A DNA stretch of 64,000 nucleotides from a virus, in IMG/VR virus record IMGVR_UViG_3300036981_000377, positions 36,407 to 100,406 of that record; one strand, written 5' to 3'. The notes under the pieces are model-generated. The model was given only the letters and a program-made list of their open reading frames with translations, was not told where the DNA came from and made no database searches. Positions 25,901-34,382 of the stretch are shown here, piece after piece (position 1 is the first letter of the stretch; each line of letters begins with the position of its first letter). Position numbers and translations under genes: made by a program.

Positions 25901-26303
25901 GCACGTCGTAGCTAATTTTCTTACCAGCATCTACCAGCGTATTTGCGTTGCGCGTTAGAACACGCAGCGCTCGAATAGCTTTATTTTTAGCTTCGTTGTC
26001 GCCGGAAGAGGCATAACGCGCAAATCCAACAAATGAACTACGAAACAAACTACTCGGCGAATAATCGCTGTACTTGCTGTATTTGAAACTGCTTTGGCGG
26101 TACCAAGAATCGGCTGAGTCGTCAAAAGCTCTTTTGTAAGAAAAGCTGTCGGCGTTATACCTGTCTTGGTCAGAACTTTTTTCGTCATCATCGTGAAACT
26201 GCCCCCACCAACCAAGATTTTCACTAGACTTTTTATCGTCTTTGTCGTCATCTTGGTCTTTGATCGGGTCGTCCCACTCAGACCTAAAAGATTCCCAGCC
26301 CAT
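22926..26303 (-). CDS. Large vWA (MIDAS) protein, CobT/NorD-like partner of the AAA+ ATPase
   Basis: SGDLD, ILVDQSGSMSG (DxSxS), NYDGYAI, FVISDGLP; long coiled-coil middle. Confidence 0.88.
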   Translation of the reverse strand: MGWESFRSEWDDPIKDQDDDKDDKKSSENLGWWGQFHDDDEKSSDQDRYNADSFSYKRAFDDSADSWYRQSSFKYSKYSDYSPSSLFRSSFVGFARYASSGDNEAKNKAIRALRVLTRNANTLVDAGKKISYDVQFSNGTDSNGVTANLLDGKKRAIFVSPDKLVGTKTVDEEDAVIDALTGFVLLRVQISQSVAQKVITKINKLSIQTLPSALAAKVREAAASSALASEDAKNISAEFIDSYLAGVLAKSLLTRLCRREVVTDWGGFAPYFVRHAKQFATTREKLEADEISVETLVARIAYNMIADESEIAIAADINGIVEKNLGDKLEHDEILPACQLLIADLRKHLAAKGEPESGAFENALTAGLEEMLEKIKKEKSCSAEDAETMRNNMGDFADLLDGLYENRVGASANTDALNELENIEKDLYNTKYKEKLLKNLRESAKRFESAAEVKTPENDIRYWQRTLEQTIAHFDAQITDLNKAGVKQDIFQEKYAEIPAPERFKKQAADLRNFIKEASKLVKDEMRVSRERAAAALQKIADEMPNTQNLLEAIKQQAHDCRAKLQETAEKFSEVADVIETAELIAKLTDSKLANLAQVKSNVEELQNKTATIGKTASGLQSFCSSSRRRFAEGLGECRSTTDRISRSGGRSWPFQNFINDAASGHYNFERGDAAKIDSWHESAIDNFMAQEAMSDAGFQATTAAAANPELFEILRKMFENTGMPAAAGRLDEAVKTKFEATAAGLGMSSQELLDELNAAEKAKAANHADDADDAKNLGKMLREKFDDLAKLSPVDEQLFGETVERKTKILNGEALTQVNDEARNAAEEEYVAYLDNADSTKPKLRVKPPLKNTTPWRAITHAIRTKNKAAIEKIRSALRFQGTKRTGEVHGMLSGDLDEGSLHKLRYDSEHIWSQKLITKLPDVAVGILVDQSGSMSGGKIEQAREMCVLLAEAVKKIDGVHLHIYGHTANQASQADLVLFEHYSSYGPAASANLDGLGSIAAHANNYDGYAIKETAKLLDKDPAKRKYLFVISDGLPHGSGYAGDEAKKHVTSVCSFVRNRLKIPTYAFAVGVPEYDYPAFEEQYGKDNIVFLSTVRQCLPQIVRFLRNALHKEKNLVDVTAD

Positions 26304-26307
26304 TTAT

Positions 26308-27903
26308 TTAAGCTCCCTTCTTTGTCGCCTGCGCGGCTGCCCTGGCTGCAAGCAAGTCGCCGAACTTGCCCTGAATAATGTTCTGCACGCGAACACGCTC
26401 GCTATCATCGTCGCCGTCCGACGAGAAATGATTGCTGATCGTGAAAGTCAAAGTTTCTACGCCACCGATAGCGAAGTCGTGCGCGGCAGCGATAAGCTGA
26501 CGTGTCGACATGCTTTCGGTAAGGGAGGCAGACAGTCCACAAGCGTCCTGCCGAATCTTATTAGCCATACCCACAAGGCGGCTGGCAATGTCTTCATTGA
26601 CCCCGACGCGCTTAACGAGAAGCTTGATCTCGTCAGCCTCGCCCAGATACGTCAGTTCGACAACGCGCGGAAAGCGGTCGCGAATGGCGCGGTCGAGAGC
26701 CGATGTACCCGTGTAACCAGCGCCTTCGTTCATAGACGCAAAGAACACAGTACCCGGACCGACCATAATCTTATCACCCTTCTCCTCGAGATACGTAAAA
26801 CGACGAGCGTCGAGCAGCGGCATTAACGTATTGAGCAGGTGCGGATTAGCACGATTGAGCTCGTCGAGCAGGACGACGTGGTTACCAGCCTCGACAGCCT
26901 TTACGAACTGACTCTCGTGCCAATAGACCGTACCGTCCCGAGCCGTCTTGTAGCCGAACCAATCACGAGCCTCGCGGAGATTGGCGCAGTCCATGATCAG
27001 CAGCGGCAGGTTAAGCCGAGCCGCAAACTGGATGGCTAGCTCAGTCTTACCGCAGCCGTGAGGGCCGATTAAGTTAATGTTCTGCGGGCAGTTCTTTCTG
27101 GAAATCTGCAGAATCTTGAAAAGTTGAGCGACCTGCTCGTTGATGATGTAGGTTTCGTCAGGCTTAGGCAGAAATACGCCGTTGGATTCTGCCTCGTCGC
27201 GAGTATCGGCAGTAACATCTTTAACCTTTAATTCAGGCTTTTCGGCAGTGCCAGAAAGCCGGCCAAAACCAAAACTTACTGTGGCTGTCGCCATGCTCTT
27301 GTCTTCTGGTTCCTCAAGTACTTCGGTTGCAGTGACGTTCTCAATCTCCGGCCGCGGTCCGTCGGCGTCGCGGCTCGACCAGCCAACGCCGGCCGGGGTT
27401 GCGCTTAACACACTATTAAGCAATTTTTTGTTGTTGTTGACAATTTCAGCAATTTGTTCGATATAGCTAAACCCGTCAGGCATTGCCCGCAAAAGAGCTA
27501 AAGGCTTATTAAGGCCCTCAGCAATAGCGCGCAGCTGCACGCTCATGCTTTTAGGCAGGCTGTCAAAATATTCTCCGGGCAATGTGTTTAGAACTTCGTG
27601 GATGACTGCGCCAAGATGCCGAGTCATGGCGTAATCTTCATTTGGCGCGTTTGCCACCTCTGGTTCAATTTTTCCGTCTGCAATTGCAGCTTTCATATCG
27701 CCCGGGTCACGTAGAAGATCGCGGTCGACATTAGCGTGTGGAATTGAGGCAACGTGGAACTCGAGCGCTCCGACGCAGCACTTTGCGTGATTTTTTGCTG
27801 GGCGACCGCGAGTAGACGGCAGCAACGCCAGCGGCTCCCAATTCGAGTAATCGGCATCAACAGTCGCGTCGGGCTTTTTGTTGCTGGCTACGTAAAGATA
27901 CAT
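26308..27903 (-). CDS. MoxR/CbbQ/CobS-type AAA+ ATPase with N-terminal extension
   Basis: Walker A GPHGCGKT, Walker B LLDELNR, ASMN..YTGT..LDRAIRDRF, STRQL. Confidence 0.92.
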   Translation of the reverse strand: MYLYVASNKKPDATVDADYSNWEPLALLPSTRGRPAKNHAKCCVGALEFHVASIPHANVDRDLLRDPGDMKAAIADGKIEPEVANAPNEDYAMTRHLGAVIHEVLNTLPGEYFDSLPKSMSVQLRAIAEGLNKPLALLRAMPDGFSYIEQIAEIVNNNKKLLNSVLSATPAGVGWSSRDADGPRPEIENVTATEVLEEPEDKSMATATVSFGFGRLSGTAEKPELKVKDVTADTRDEAESNGVFLPKPDETYIINEQVAQLFKILQISRKNCPQNINLIGPHGCGKTELAIQFAARLNLPLLIMDCANLREARDWFGYKTARDGTVYWHESQFVKAVEAGNHVVLLDELNRANPHLLNTLMPLLDARRFTYLEEKGDKIMVGPGTVFFASMNEGAGYTGTSALDRAIRDRFPRVVELTYLGEADEIKLLVKRVGVNEDIASRLVGMANKIRQDACGLSASLTESMSTRQLIAAAHDFAIGGVETLTFTISNHFSSDGDDDSERVRVQNIIQGKFGDLLAARAAAQATKKGA

Positions 27904-28021
27904 GTGCAGTCTCAGATGGGTTTAGGGGGTAAGTTTGCGCGTATCGGCTAATTTCTCTCTCGGTTTTCCAACGCGGCAAAGCCGGTGTCAAGCCGAGCCA
28001 TTTTTGCGGCCCAAAAAAGAA

Positions 28022-28062
28022 CCCCAGCGCAGATTGCCCGAAAAACGGGGTCTGCGCTGGGG
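28022..28062 (-). terminator. Intrinsic terminator
   Basis: CCCCAGCGCAGA/TCTGCGCTGGGG 12-bp stem with TTCTTTTTT tail. Confidence 0.8.
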
Positions 28063-28087
28063 CCTATCGAATCTGTTTAGCGAAGCC

Positions 28088-28825
28088 TTAGCTGCGCTGG
28101 ATTACCTTCTTGCAGATACCGAGCAGCTCGATTGCGTGATCATAACTGCCGGCGGCGTGCATAAACTCTGCCGCGGTCGCGAGCATATCACCCGATAAAG
28201 TCCCCGCTGCCGGTTCTAGCTTTTCAGCAACCTTGCCCGCGCGAAATTTTGCTGTGGGGCGGGTTTTCTCGTGCTCGCCAGTCGTCTCTGCAATTGCCGC
28301 GGTGGGCTTGCTCTTTGGCTTGGCACCGCCACCGCGCTTTGCCGCCGGGACGCCCATCGCGCGAAGCGTAATGGACACCTGCGAAGCGTTTACTTCAATA
28401 CCTTTTTTCTTTAACGTTTCAATGATGTCGCGAGGTCGCAGTTCGACCCCGCTTGCTTTCCGTGCTTCAATTACAGCGCGAATAGATTCAGCCTTTGTTG
28501 TCTTACCAACAGCCTTTGTTTTAGGCATTTTACTACCTTTGGGGTTGGCCTCTAAAGTCGCGTCAGCTTCTTCTTCGGCGGGTTCGTCTTCATTATCAGC
28601 CTCGTCCTCCGAATCATCTTCTTCAAGATCTTCGGCAGCCTCGGCTACAGGTTCATCCTCCGCAACATCGTCGACGGTTTCGGGTTCCTCTTCGTCGCCG
28701 GTTTCTACATCATCCGCGATCTTAGCCGCTTTTTGTTGCTGTAGATATTTTTCGCAACCATCGTCGTCGCTAAAACCATCTTCCCAGCAACTTTCAGCGT
28801 CCGTTACGTTTACTTGCCTAACCAT
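28088..28825 (-). CDS. Acidic N-terminus plus basic HTH-like (nucleoid-associated-like) protein
   Basis: D/E-rich first ~95 aa; KAESIRAVI..PRDIIETLKKKGIEVNASQVS resembles a planctomycete basic protein family; GAGGAGG SD. Confidence 0.7.
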   Translation of the reverse strand: MVRQVNVTDAESCWEDGFSDDDGCEKYLQQQKAAKIADDVETGDEEEPETVDDVAEDEPVAEAAEDLEEDDSEDEADNEDEPAEEEADATLEANPKGSKMPKTKAVGKTTKAESIRAVIEARKASGVELRPRDIIETLKKKGIEVNASQVSITLRAMGVPAAKRGGGAKPKSKPTAAIAETTGEHEKTRPTAKFRAGKVAEKLEPAAGTLSGDMLATAAEFMHAAGSYDHAIELLGICKKVIQRS

Positions 28826-28882
28826 ATTGGCCTCCTCTTGAAGTCAGTCCTACCGCGCGGCAGGAAAACTGATGGTTAATGA

Positions 28883-28911
28883 ACCATACACCCGACGCAA
28901 GCCGGTTTCAA
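28883..28911 (-). promoter_or_regulatory. Sigma70-like promoter
   Basis: TTGAAA-N17-TATGGT upstream of the gene starting at 28825. Confidence 0.55.
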
Positions 28912-28942
28912 CTGCTTGCGTAAAAAATTGCCGCGCCGCGAC

Positions 28943-29338
28943 TTATTTTTGCTTTGCGGCTTTTTTGGCTGGTTTTTGCGGCAACTTTTTTGCGCCCTTT
29001 GGCACAGTTCCGTTAGGTCCGCGCAGCCTATCCTCATTCAACTCCGGCCACATCTTCAGCGAATGAATAGCGCCAACGATGTTCCAAACCGCGTGACCCA
29101 AATCATCTTCGTCACGTTTTCCAGCGAGGAATTCAAAAATATGCCGTAAGGCGTGGTTAATTAGATCCACTGCCGGCATACCGTTTTCCCAGTTAAACTC
29201 GCCAAACTTTTGCGCGCCTTCCGCATATGCGCGGGCTAACGCCTCGAGCCCAACTGGCGAAATCAAGTCGTAGCGGACAGCGTTGCAGTCGGTGCTGCGA
29301 ACGGCGCCGGTTTCATACTTCTTGTACTTGTCGCTCAC
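28943..29338 (-). CDS. dATP/dGTP diphosphohydrolase (DUF5664-like)
   Basis: TGAVR..RYDLI..EGAQKFG..NWENG..HALRH..EDDLGHAVWN. Confidence 0.85.
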   Translation of the reverse strand: MSDKYKKYETGAVRSTDCNAVRYDLISPVGLEALARAYAEGAQKFGEFNWENGMPAVDLINHALRHIFEFLAGKRDEDDLGHAVWNIVGAIHSLKMWPELNEDRLRGPNGTVPKGAKKLPQKPAKKAAKQK

Positions 29339-29615
29339 GATGCTGGTCTTCTATTAGTTCGGGAATAAAGCAAAAATACAATCGAGGATTATGCAGATAA
29401 GCAACAGTTCCTCGAACGCCATCAGCCCGCCGAATAACGCGCACTATCGGATTTTCAAACAAGTGCACGCTAAACAGGTTGTCAAATTCGGCGTCATTCC
29501 AAACTTCTGCGTTATACTTTTCTTGCAGATCAGTCAAAATATCTGCGTCAAGCATACCGAGATAATAACTGCGCAACTTTTCGGCGATTAACGCGTTTTC
29601 GGCGTTTTGGGTCAC
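29313..29615 (-). CDS. Hypothetical protein
   Basis: VW..F..F..P.V.V.RR.DGVRG...H.PR.YF motif. Confidence 0.7.
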   Translation of the reverse strand: MTQNAENALIAEKLRSYYLGMLDADILTDLQEKYNAEVWNDAEFDNLFSVHLFENPIVRVIRRADGVRGTVAYLHNPRLYFCFIPELIEDQHRERQVQEV

Positions 29616-30049
29616 ATCTGTAATCGGCTTAACTCCGCTTTGGTTTCTTCTACTTGCTTTTTCAGCTCTGCAAGTTCGGTTACTGTAGCTTGCAGTTGTT
29701 GCGCCATACTTCCGGCGTCATTATTGAATGTTTTAATTTGCGCGACAAGATCGCGATGCACGTCTACGCCAAAAGCAGCCAACTTACTCATCATTTGAAA
29801 AAGCTGACCAGCGTATGACGGCTTTTCGTTTCGCAAGCGAATTCTGCCGCTTGGTATGCCCGTCATGTTGATAGACCACAGCGGCACAATGGCGATAGCT
29901 TGCAGTTCTGGAATTTGTCCCATCATGTATTCGGAGAACTGATCGGCCTGCATATAAAAATGAATGTCGCAGGGCGGTTTTTCTGACTGAATCGCTGTAG
30001 CCGTTGTCTGGGCTGGCTCAACCATCGGCTCCGATGCTGTTTCGCTCAT
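29612..30049 (-). CDS. Hypothetical protein with C-terminal coiled coil
   Basis: ORF in operon; start re-called at MSETAS. Confidence 0.65.
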   Translation of the reverse strand: MSETASEPMVEPAQTTATAIQSEKPPCDIHFYMQADQFSEYMMGQIPELQAIAIVPLWSINMTGIPSGRIRLRNEKPSYAGQLFQMMSKLAAFGVDVHRDLVAQIKTFNNDAGSMAQQLQATVTELAELKKQVEETKAELSRLQM

Positions 30050-30377
30050 ATTGCATCCGTTTGGGTAAAAGGCCGTCAATTACGTTAGAACCCCGTGTCG
30101 CCGCGAGGCCGTAAACGACCACCCGGACAAGCCCCGCCAAAATACCACCAAAGTAGTCGCCTGCAAAGAGGGCTAAGAACAAATAAATTGGGATATGATA
30201 GCTTTTGCAGAATGGGCACATAAAAAGCTCTGTCCACAGGGCAGTGACAGAGCCGTGATCCGCAAAGTCTTGCTTTGCTTGGACAATTGCCCGGGATGTG
30301 GCAAAAACAGAACCGTTGTGCCAGACGTCGATAATCGCGCCGGTGGCAAGAATCACAGCAATTAGATCAATAACCAT
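30018..30377 (-). CDS. Membrane protein with CxxC (DUF1360-like)
   Basis: Hydrophobic helices with ELFMCPFCKSYH. Confidence 0.65.
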   Translation of the reverse strand: MVIDLIAVILATGAIIDVWHNGSVFATSRAIVQAKQDFADHGSVTALWTELFMCPFCKSYHIPIYLFLALFAGDYFGGILAGLVRVVVYGLAATRGSNVIDGLLPKRMQYERNSIGADG

Positions 30378-30378
30378 T

Positions 30379-30561
30379 TTAACGCCTTTTCTTATTGTGG
30401 CGTTTTGATGCGGAGTCTGCGCCGTTAGTTAGAACTAGACAGAAATAGACGGTGACAAAAGCGGAAAAAATACCGCCCCAGCCAAGCGCTGGCGCACATA
30501 AAACAGAAGCTAAAAGAATTACACCAGCAAAACCAATGAAGGTTCCTCCAATGTTGTTCAT
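30379..30561 (-). CDS. Small two-TM membrane protein with basic tail
   Basis: 60 aa, hydrophobic, ends KRHNKKRR. Confidence 0.6.
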   Translation of the reverse strand: MNNIGGTFIGFAGVILLASVLCAPALGWGGIFSAFVTVYFCLVLTNGADSASKRHNKKRR

Positions 30562-30794
30562 TACGTCGCGTACTCATCGCCGAATGGCCACACAACGGTG
30601 CGCCCGGCGTCAGGCGGTGGGTTGCCGTTGGTGGGTCTAACCGCTTCGGTCACTGGAAGCGGCGGTTGTAATTTAAGGGTGTTTGCGGGATTATCGTGTA
30701 AGTAGAGTTGCGGTCCGGGGCCGCGCATAGTTTTGCGGATTCCCGGCTGTCGGCGTTCTTGATATAATTTGGCACTTTTGCTGATGTTTGGCAT
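30561..30794 (-). CDS. Hypothetical Pro-rich protein
   Basis: 77 aa, TAATG coupling to the next gene. Confidence 0.55.
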   Translation of the reverse strand: MPNISKSAKLYQERRQPGIRKTMRGPGPQLYLHDNPANTLKLQPPLPVTEAVRPTNGNPPPDAGRTVVWPFGDEYAT

Positions 30795-30810
30795 TTGACG
30801 CTCGTAAAAA

Positions 30811-30851
30811 TGGCTGGGGCGAGATACGCCTCAGTATACTCACCCCAGCCA
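30811..30851 (-). terminator. Intrinsic terminator
   Basis: TGGCTGGGG/CCCCAGCCA stem with TTTTT tail on the minus strand. Confidence 0.7.
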
Positions 30852-30860
30852 CGGCAACAA

Positions 30861-31043
30861 TTAACTTGCCCGGTCCGAGGTGACGAGCTTAAAAAGCCCG
30901 TAGGTCAACTGACAAATACCAACAGCAAGTGCGCAGACGCCATAAACAAACAGTTTCACGACTAGGCCAACGCCGTCCTCGAGCCACTGCAACTCTGCAT
31001 CGTTTTTACCGCGGTAATAATTTCCGTTCTGGTAGTGACCCAT
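30861..31043 (-). CDS. Small membrane protein divergent from the terminase gene
   Basis: MGHYQNG... with a TM segment; followed by a terminator; its start codon abuts the terminase ATG (CATATG). Confidence 0.55.
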   Translation of the reverse strand: MGHYQNGNYYRGKNDAELQWLEDGVGLVVKLFVYGVCALAVGICQLTYGLFKLVTSDRAS

Positions 31044-32969
31044 ATGACACCCAATTTGTTGCAGGATAACGCGCTGCTGCGTGAACAAAATTTTGAGATA
31101 CCGGACAAAGGTATTCGCCACCTTGTTCAAGAATTGATGAGTATGGACTGCACCGACGCGCATGCTATAAACGCGCGGGCAGGCATATTATCTGAACTCG
31201 CTAATAAACGCTTTTTCCCATCCTTGGAGCCGTTGCTTCCGTTAGTGCTTAATCTAAACGGTAAGCCGTATAACCTATCTGGACATTACCCGTTTGCCCC
31301 ACTTTTCAGGCTGCTTATGCCTAAAAATTTGGTGCTAAAAACAGGTCGGCAGGTTTCTAAAAGTACCTCACTAGCTGCGCACGGCGTTGTGCTGGCCAAC
31401 TGCCTGCCGTTCTTTAAAACTCTGTACATCACGCCGCTGTACGAACAGATTCGCCGTTTCAGTAACAACTACGTGCGATCATTTATTGATCAGTCGCCGA
31501 TCAAAAGTCAGTGGTGCGGCACTGACACTGAAAACAATGTATTGCAGCGTTCGTTTAAGAACAAAAGCATTATGTTGTTTAGCTTTGCTCTTCTTGATGC
31601 TGATCGCGTCCGCGGTATAAGTACTGACCGCGTGGTTATGGACGAGATTCAAGACATGGATCCCGACCACATTCCGATCATTCAAGAAACGATGTCGTAT
31701 AGTCGATACGCGATGCTTCACATGGCCGGGACCCCAAAAAGTCTGGACAACCCGTTAGAGGGCGCCTACAAACGCTCAAGCGGCGCCGAGTGGTTCATTC
31801 CGTGTGAGTCGTGCCGATACTGGAACATACCGTCAATCGATCACGATCTCGATAAGATGATCGGGCCGTACAACATTCACATTAGTGAAAAATATCCGGG
31901 AACTGTCTGCGCAAAATGTCAAAAGCCAATTAACCCGCGTTACGGCCGATGGGTTCACCGCAAAGAAAACCAGCGCTGGCAATTTGCTGGCTATCACGTG
32001 CCGCAGCTTATTTTACCGTTGCATTTTGCGGACCCTGAAAAATGGTCTGCGTTGCTCCTAAAGCGTGAAGGCTTTGGCAACATGACGCAGGCGCAGTTCT
32101 ACAACGAAGTTTTGGGCGAATCTGTTGACGCGGGCCAAAAACTCATTACAGAAACCGAGCTTAAAGCCGCATGCTTGTTAGAGTGGCCAAACAAAAAAGA
32201 ACCAGAACCAGAAATTTTCAACAACATCAAAAACTACAAGCACCGCGTCATGGCCATTGACTGGGGCGGAGGCGGTGACGAGGGTATTTCATTTACTGTT
32301 ATTACAGTTCTTGGTTTTAGATACGACGGCTCAATTGACGTACTCTGGGGCAAGCGGCTCTTACTTGGATCAGAGCACCTAGCCGAAGCAGCCGAGTGCA
32401 TGAAGTGGGCGCAAAGATTTAAGATTGATTACGTAGCGCATGACTATACAGGCGCCGGAACTGTTCGCGAAACCGTAATGGTGCAAGCAGGCTTTAAACT
32501 TGAGCGTGTCATGGCTATTCGCCTTGTCCGAGCGGCTAGTCAGGACGTCATGGTGTTTAAAGAATCTACGCCAATTAATCATCGGCAGCATTACTCACTC
32601 GACAAGACTAGGTCACTGCTGTACACGTGTCAGGCTATTAAGCTAAAACGTGTGCGCTTCTTTAAATATGACTGGGAATCGCAAGACGATCCCGGCCTTA
32701 TTGCTGATTTCTTAGCGCTTGTAGAAAACAAAACAGAATCGCGCATGGGCGGCGACATTTACACAATTACGCGCAATACGCTGCTTAGTGACGATTTTGC
32801 GCAAGCTGTGAATATAGGATGTGCCGCTATTTGGCACATTAACGATGCTTGGCCTAATTTTGCCGAAATAGCCGGCGTAGGCGCGATTAGTCAGCAACAG
32901 GCGCAAGGGCAAAACCCTGAAGACTGGGCAGACGACGACATGGGTGGTCGCTTTTTTGGTCAGCCGTGA
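31044..32969 (+). CDS. terL: Terminase large subunit, GpA-like
   Basis: KTGRQVSKST Walker A-like, VMDEIQD Walker B, GTPK coupling motif, WFIPCESC..CAKC zinc ribbon, FYNEVLG, MAIDWGG RNase H-like nuclease, DDFAQA. Confidence 0.9.
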   Translation: MTPNLLQDNALLREQNFEIPDKGIRHLVQELMSMDCTDAHAINARAGILSELANKRFFPSLEPLLPLVLNLNGKPYNLSGHYPFAPLFRLLMPKNLVLKTGRQVSKSTSLAAHGVVLANCLPFFKTLYITPLYEQIRRFSNNYVRSFIDQSPIKSQWCGTDTENNVLQRSFKNKSIMLFSFALLDADRVRGISTDRVVMDEIQDMDPDHIPIIQETMSYSRYAMLHMAGTPKSLDNPLEGAYKRSSGAEWFIPCESCRYWNIPSIDHDLDKMIGPYNIHISEKYPGTVCAKCQKPINPRYGRWVHRKENQRWQFAGYHVPQLILPLHFADPEKWSALLLKREGFGNMTQAQFYNEVLGESVDAGQKLITETELKAACLLEWPNKKEPEPEIFNNIKNYKHRVMAIDWGGGGDEGISFTVITVLGFRYDGSIDVLWGKRLLLGSEHLAEAAECMKWAQRFKIDYVAHDYTGAGTVRETVMVQAGFKLERVMAIRLVRAASQDVMVFKESTPINHRQHYSLDKTRSLLYTCQAIKLKRVRFFKYDWESQDDPGLIADFLALVENKTESRMGGDIYTITRNTLLSDDFAQAVNIGCAAIWHINDAWPNFAEIAGVGAISQQQAQGQNPEDWADDDMGGRFFGQP

Positions 32970-33190
32970 TTTTCTGTTGGCACCCGCTCGACGATGTCTG
33001 GCGGGCAAACGCAAGACAGAGATCGCCCGTTGTCCCACTTGACTAACAATTGCGTTTGATTTTTTTCGTCGTAAAAATATAGTGGCACAACTTTTAGTAT
33101 TGTGCCCATAGTCCCAGCGGGGACAGGATCAGGGTCATTGGGCATGTGCGCCAACTTGATCCTGTCCCCGCTTTTTACATCAGGAAGCAT
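32960..33190 (-). CDS. DUF4314-like protein
   Basis: GDRIKL..M.NDPDPVPAGT.GT...VKWDNGRSL...D. Confidence 0.8.
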   Translation of the reverse strand: MLPDVKSGDRIKLAHMPNDPDPVPAGTMGTILKVVPLYFYDEKNQTQLLVKWDNGRSLSCVCPPDIVERVPTENHG

Positions 33191-33533
33191 TTTCTGATTC
33201 TTCAGTTTCTTTTTTGCCAGACTGCGCCTGTTCAAGCGCGGCCTGTCCTGTAGGAGAAAGTTCGGCTTCCATTACGCCATCTTCACCAGCATCCGCAATT
33301 AAAAAACCGCGCATAAACAATTGCAGCATTTCACAATTTTGACACATCATGCGTGCCCAATCGCTAATTGCTTGCATGTTCTCTTTCGTCGGCTCCCGCC
33401 CGTTTGCGGCATTAGAGCCAACTACAATTGAAACAAGCATTTGCCCAAAGGCGTCAAGCGCTGGCATTTTTCGCAGCCAGTCAAGAATCTCGCGTCCTAG
33501 TTCTGTATCGTCTTTGGTCTGGTCCATGTTCAC
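33180..33533 (-). CDS. Hypothetical protein
   Basis: 117-aa ORF in operon. Confidence 0.65.
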   Translation of the reverse strand: MNMDQTKDDTELGREILDWLRKMPALDAFGQMLVSIVVGSNAANGREPTKENMQAISDWARMMCQNCEMLQLFMRGFLIADAGEDGVMEAELSPTGQAALEQAQSGKKETEESENAS

Positions 33534-33862
33534 TCCGTAGCGGCGTTCAGTCGAGATTCCGCAATTGCCGCGTCGTACTTGCCACGAGCAAGAATGCGGC
33601 GAACGGCTGCTTCGCGTAGCTTGCTTAAATAATCAGCGTAATTTACGTCTGTGTTTACAACTGCTTCCGCGCTGCTGTACGAGTGCGGCTTGCTGGTCAT
33701 TAAGTTGTCACCAGCTTTCATAATGCGCTGAATAGCGGCTATTTTAACTATTGCGCGCTCATCTTCAAGCCGCATTTCTGCTGCTACAGCTTTTGCATAA
33801 TTTTCAGCGCAATCAGTAATGTTATTGACAAGTTTATGCACAAAAAGTTCTGCAACTGGCAT
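33530..33862 (-). CDS. Hypothetical helical protein
   Basis: Start at MPVAEL after GAGGA. Confidence 0.7.
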   Translation of the reverse strand: MPVAELFVHKLVNNITDCAENYAKAVAAEMRLEDERAIVKIAAIQRIMKAGDNLMTSKPHSYSSAEAVVNTDVNYADYLSKLREAAVRRILARGKYDAAIAESRLNAATE

Positions 33863-33863
33863 G

Positions 33864-34142
33864 CTAGTCCTCTGATGTTCGGTAGTCGATAACGCGGATT
33901 CTGTTGATGTGCGAGTGTTTCTCGCGATAACCAAGTTTTACAAACACAACTGCAATACGGCGATTTGTCTCATCGTACGGATCACCAATAGTTAATTCGA
34001 ATGTCTTGTCAGTCTTATTGACTTTAAAAGCGCTTTGGTTCATGGGTACGCCCCACACACCGTTGTCTTTTAAAACTCGCAGCCAGCTCTCCTGCCAAGC
34101 AATGTCAGCCGGAGTTGGCTCCCACGTTGTCGGTGGTATCAT
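33864..34142 (-). CDS. Hypothetical protein
   Basis: MIPPTTWEPTPAD..W..GVWGVP; start uncertain. Confidence 0.6.
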   Translation of the reverse strand: MIPPTTWEPTPADIAWQESWLRVLKDNGVWGVPMNQSAFKVNKTDKTFELTIGDPYDETNRRIAVVFVKLGYREKHSHINRIRVIDYRTSED

Positions 34143-34380
34143 AAAACGCTTCGCGCTCGTCGCGCTTAGCTTGTAGCTCCTTTCTAGTAAGAATTCGTTT
34201 GGGATATTTTTCGGGATGACACAGCTGGCAGCTTGAGCCGCCGCAGCCAGCGACTCGCAACGATTTTCTAAACCGACCAGTATCGGGCAAGTTGTCGTCG
34301 ACATAGAAAAATAGTTCAAGTTGCCGGCGTATTTTTGCTCGGCGCTTTAAAATGTGTGTTTCTGAGTGGTAGCGTTTCAT
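34105..34380 (-). CDS. Basic zinc-binding protein (CGGSSCQLCH)
   Basis: 91 aa, Arg/Lys-rich. Confidence 0.65.
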   Translation of the reverse strand: MKRYHSETHILKRRAKIRRQLELFFYVDDNLPDTGRFRKSLRVAGCGGSSCQLCHPEKYPKRILTRKELQAKRDEREAFYDTTDNVGANSG

Positions 34381-34382
34381 AG

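Noticed and set aside
26242-28841. Long plus-strand ORFs antisense to the AAA and nucleoid-like genes
   Set aside because: They are fully overlapped by well-supported minus-strand genes and are typical antisense shadows.
28943-29338. Evidence for a Z-base (2-aminoadenine) genome
   Set aside because: The diphosphohydrolase alone is insufficient, and no purZ is present in the window.
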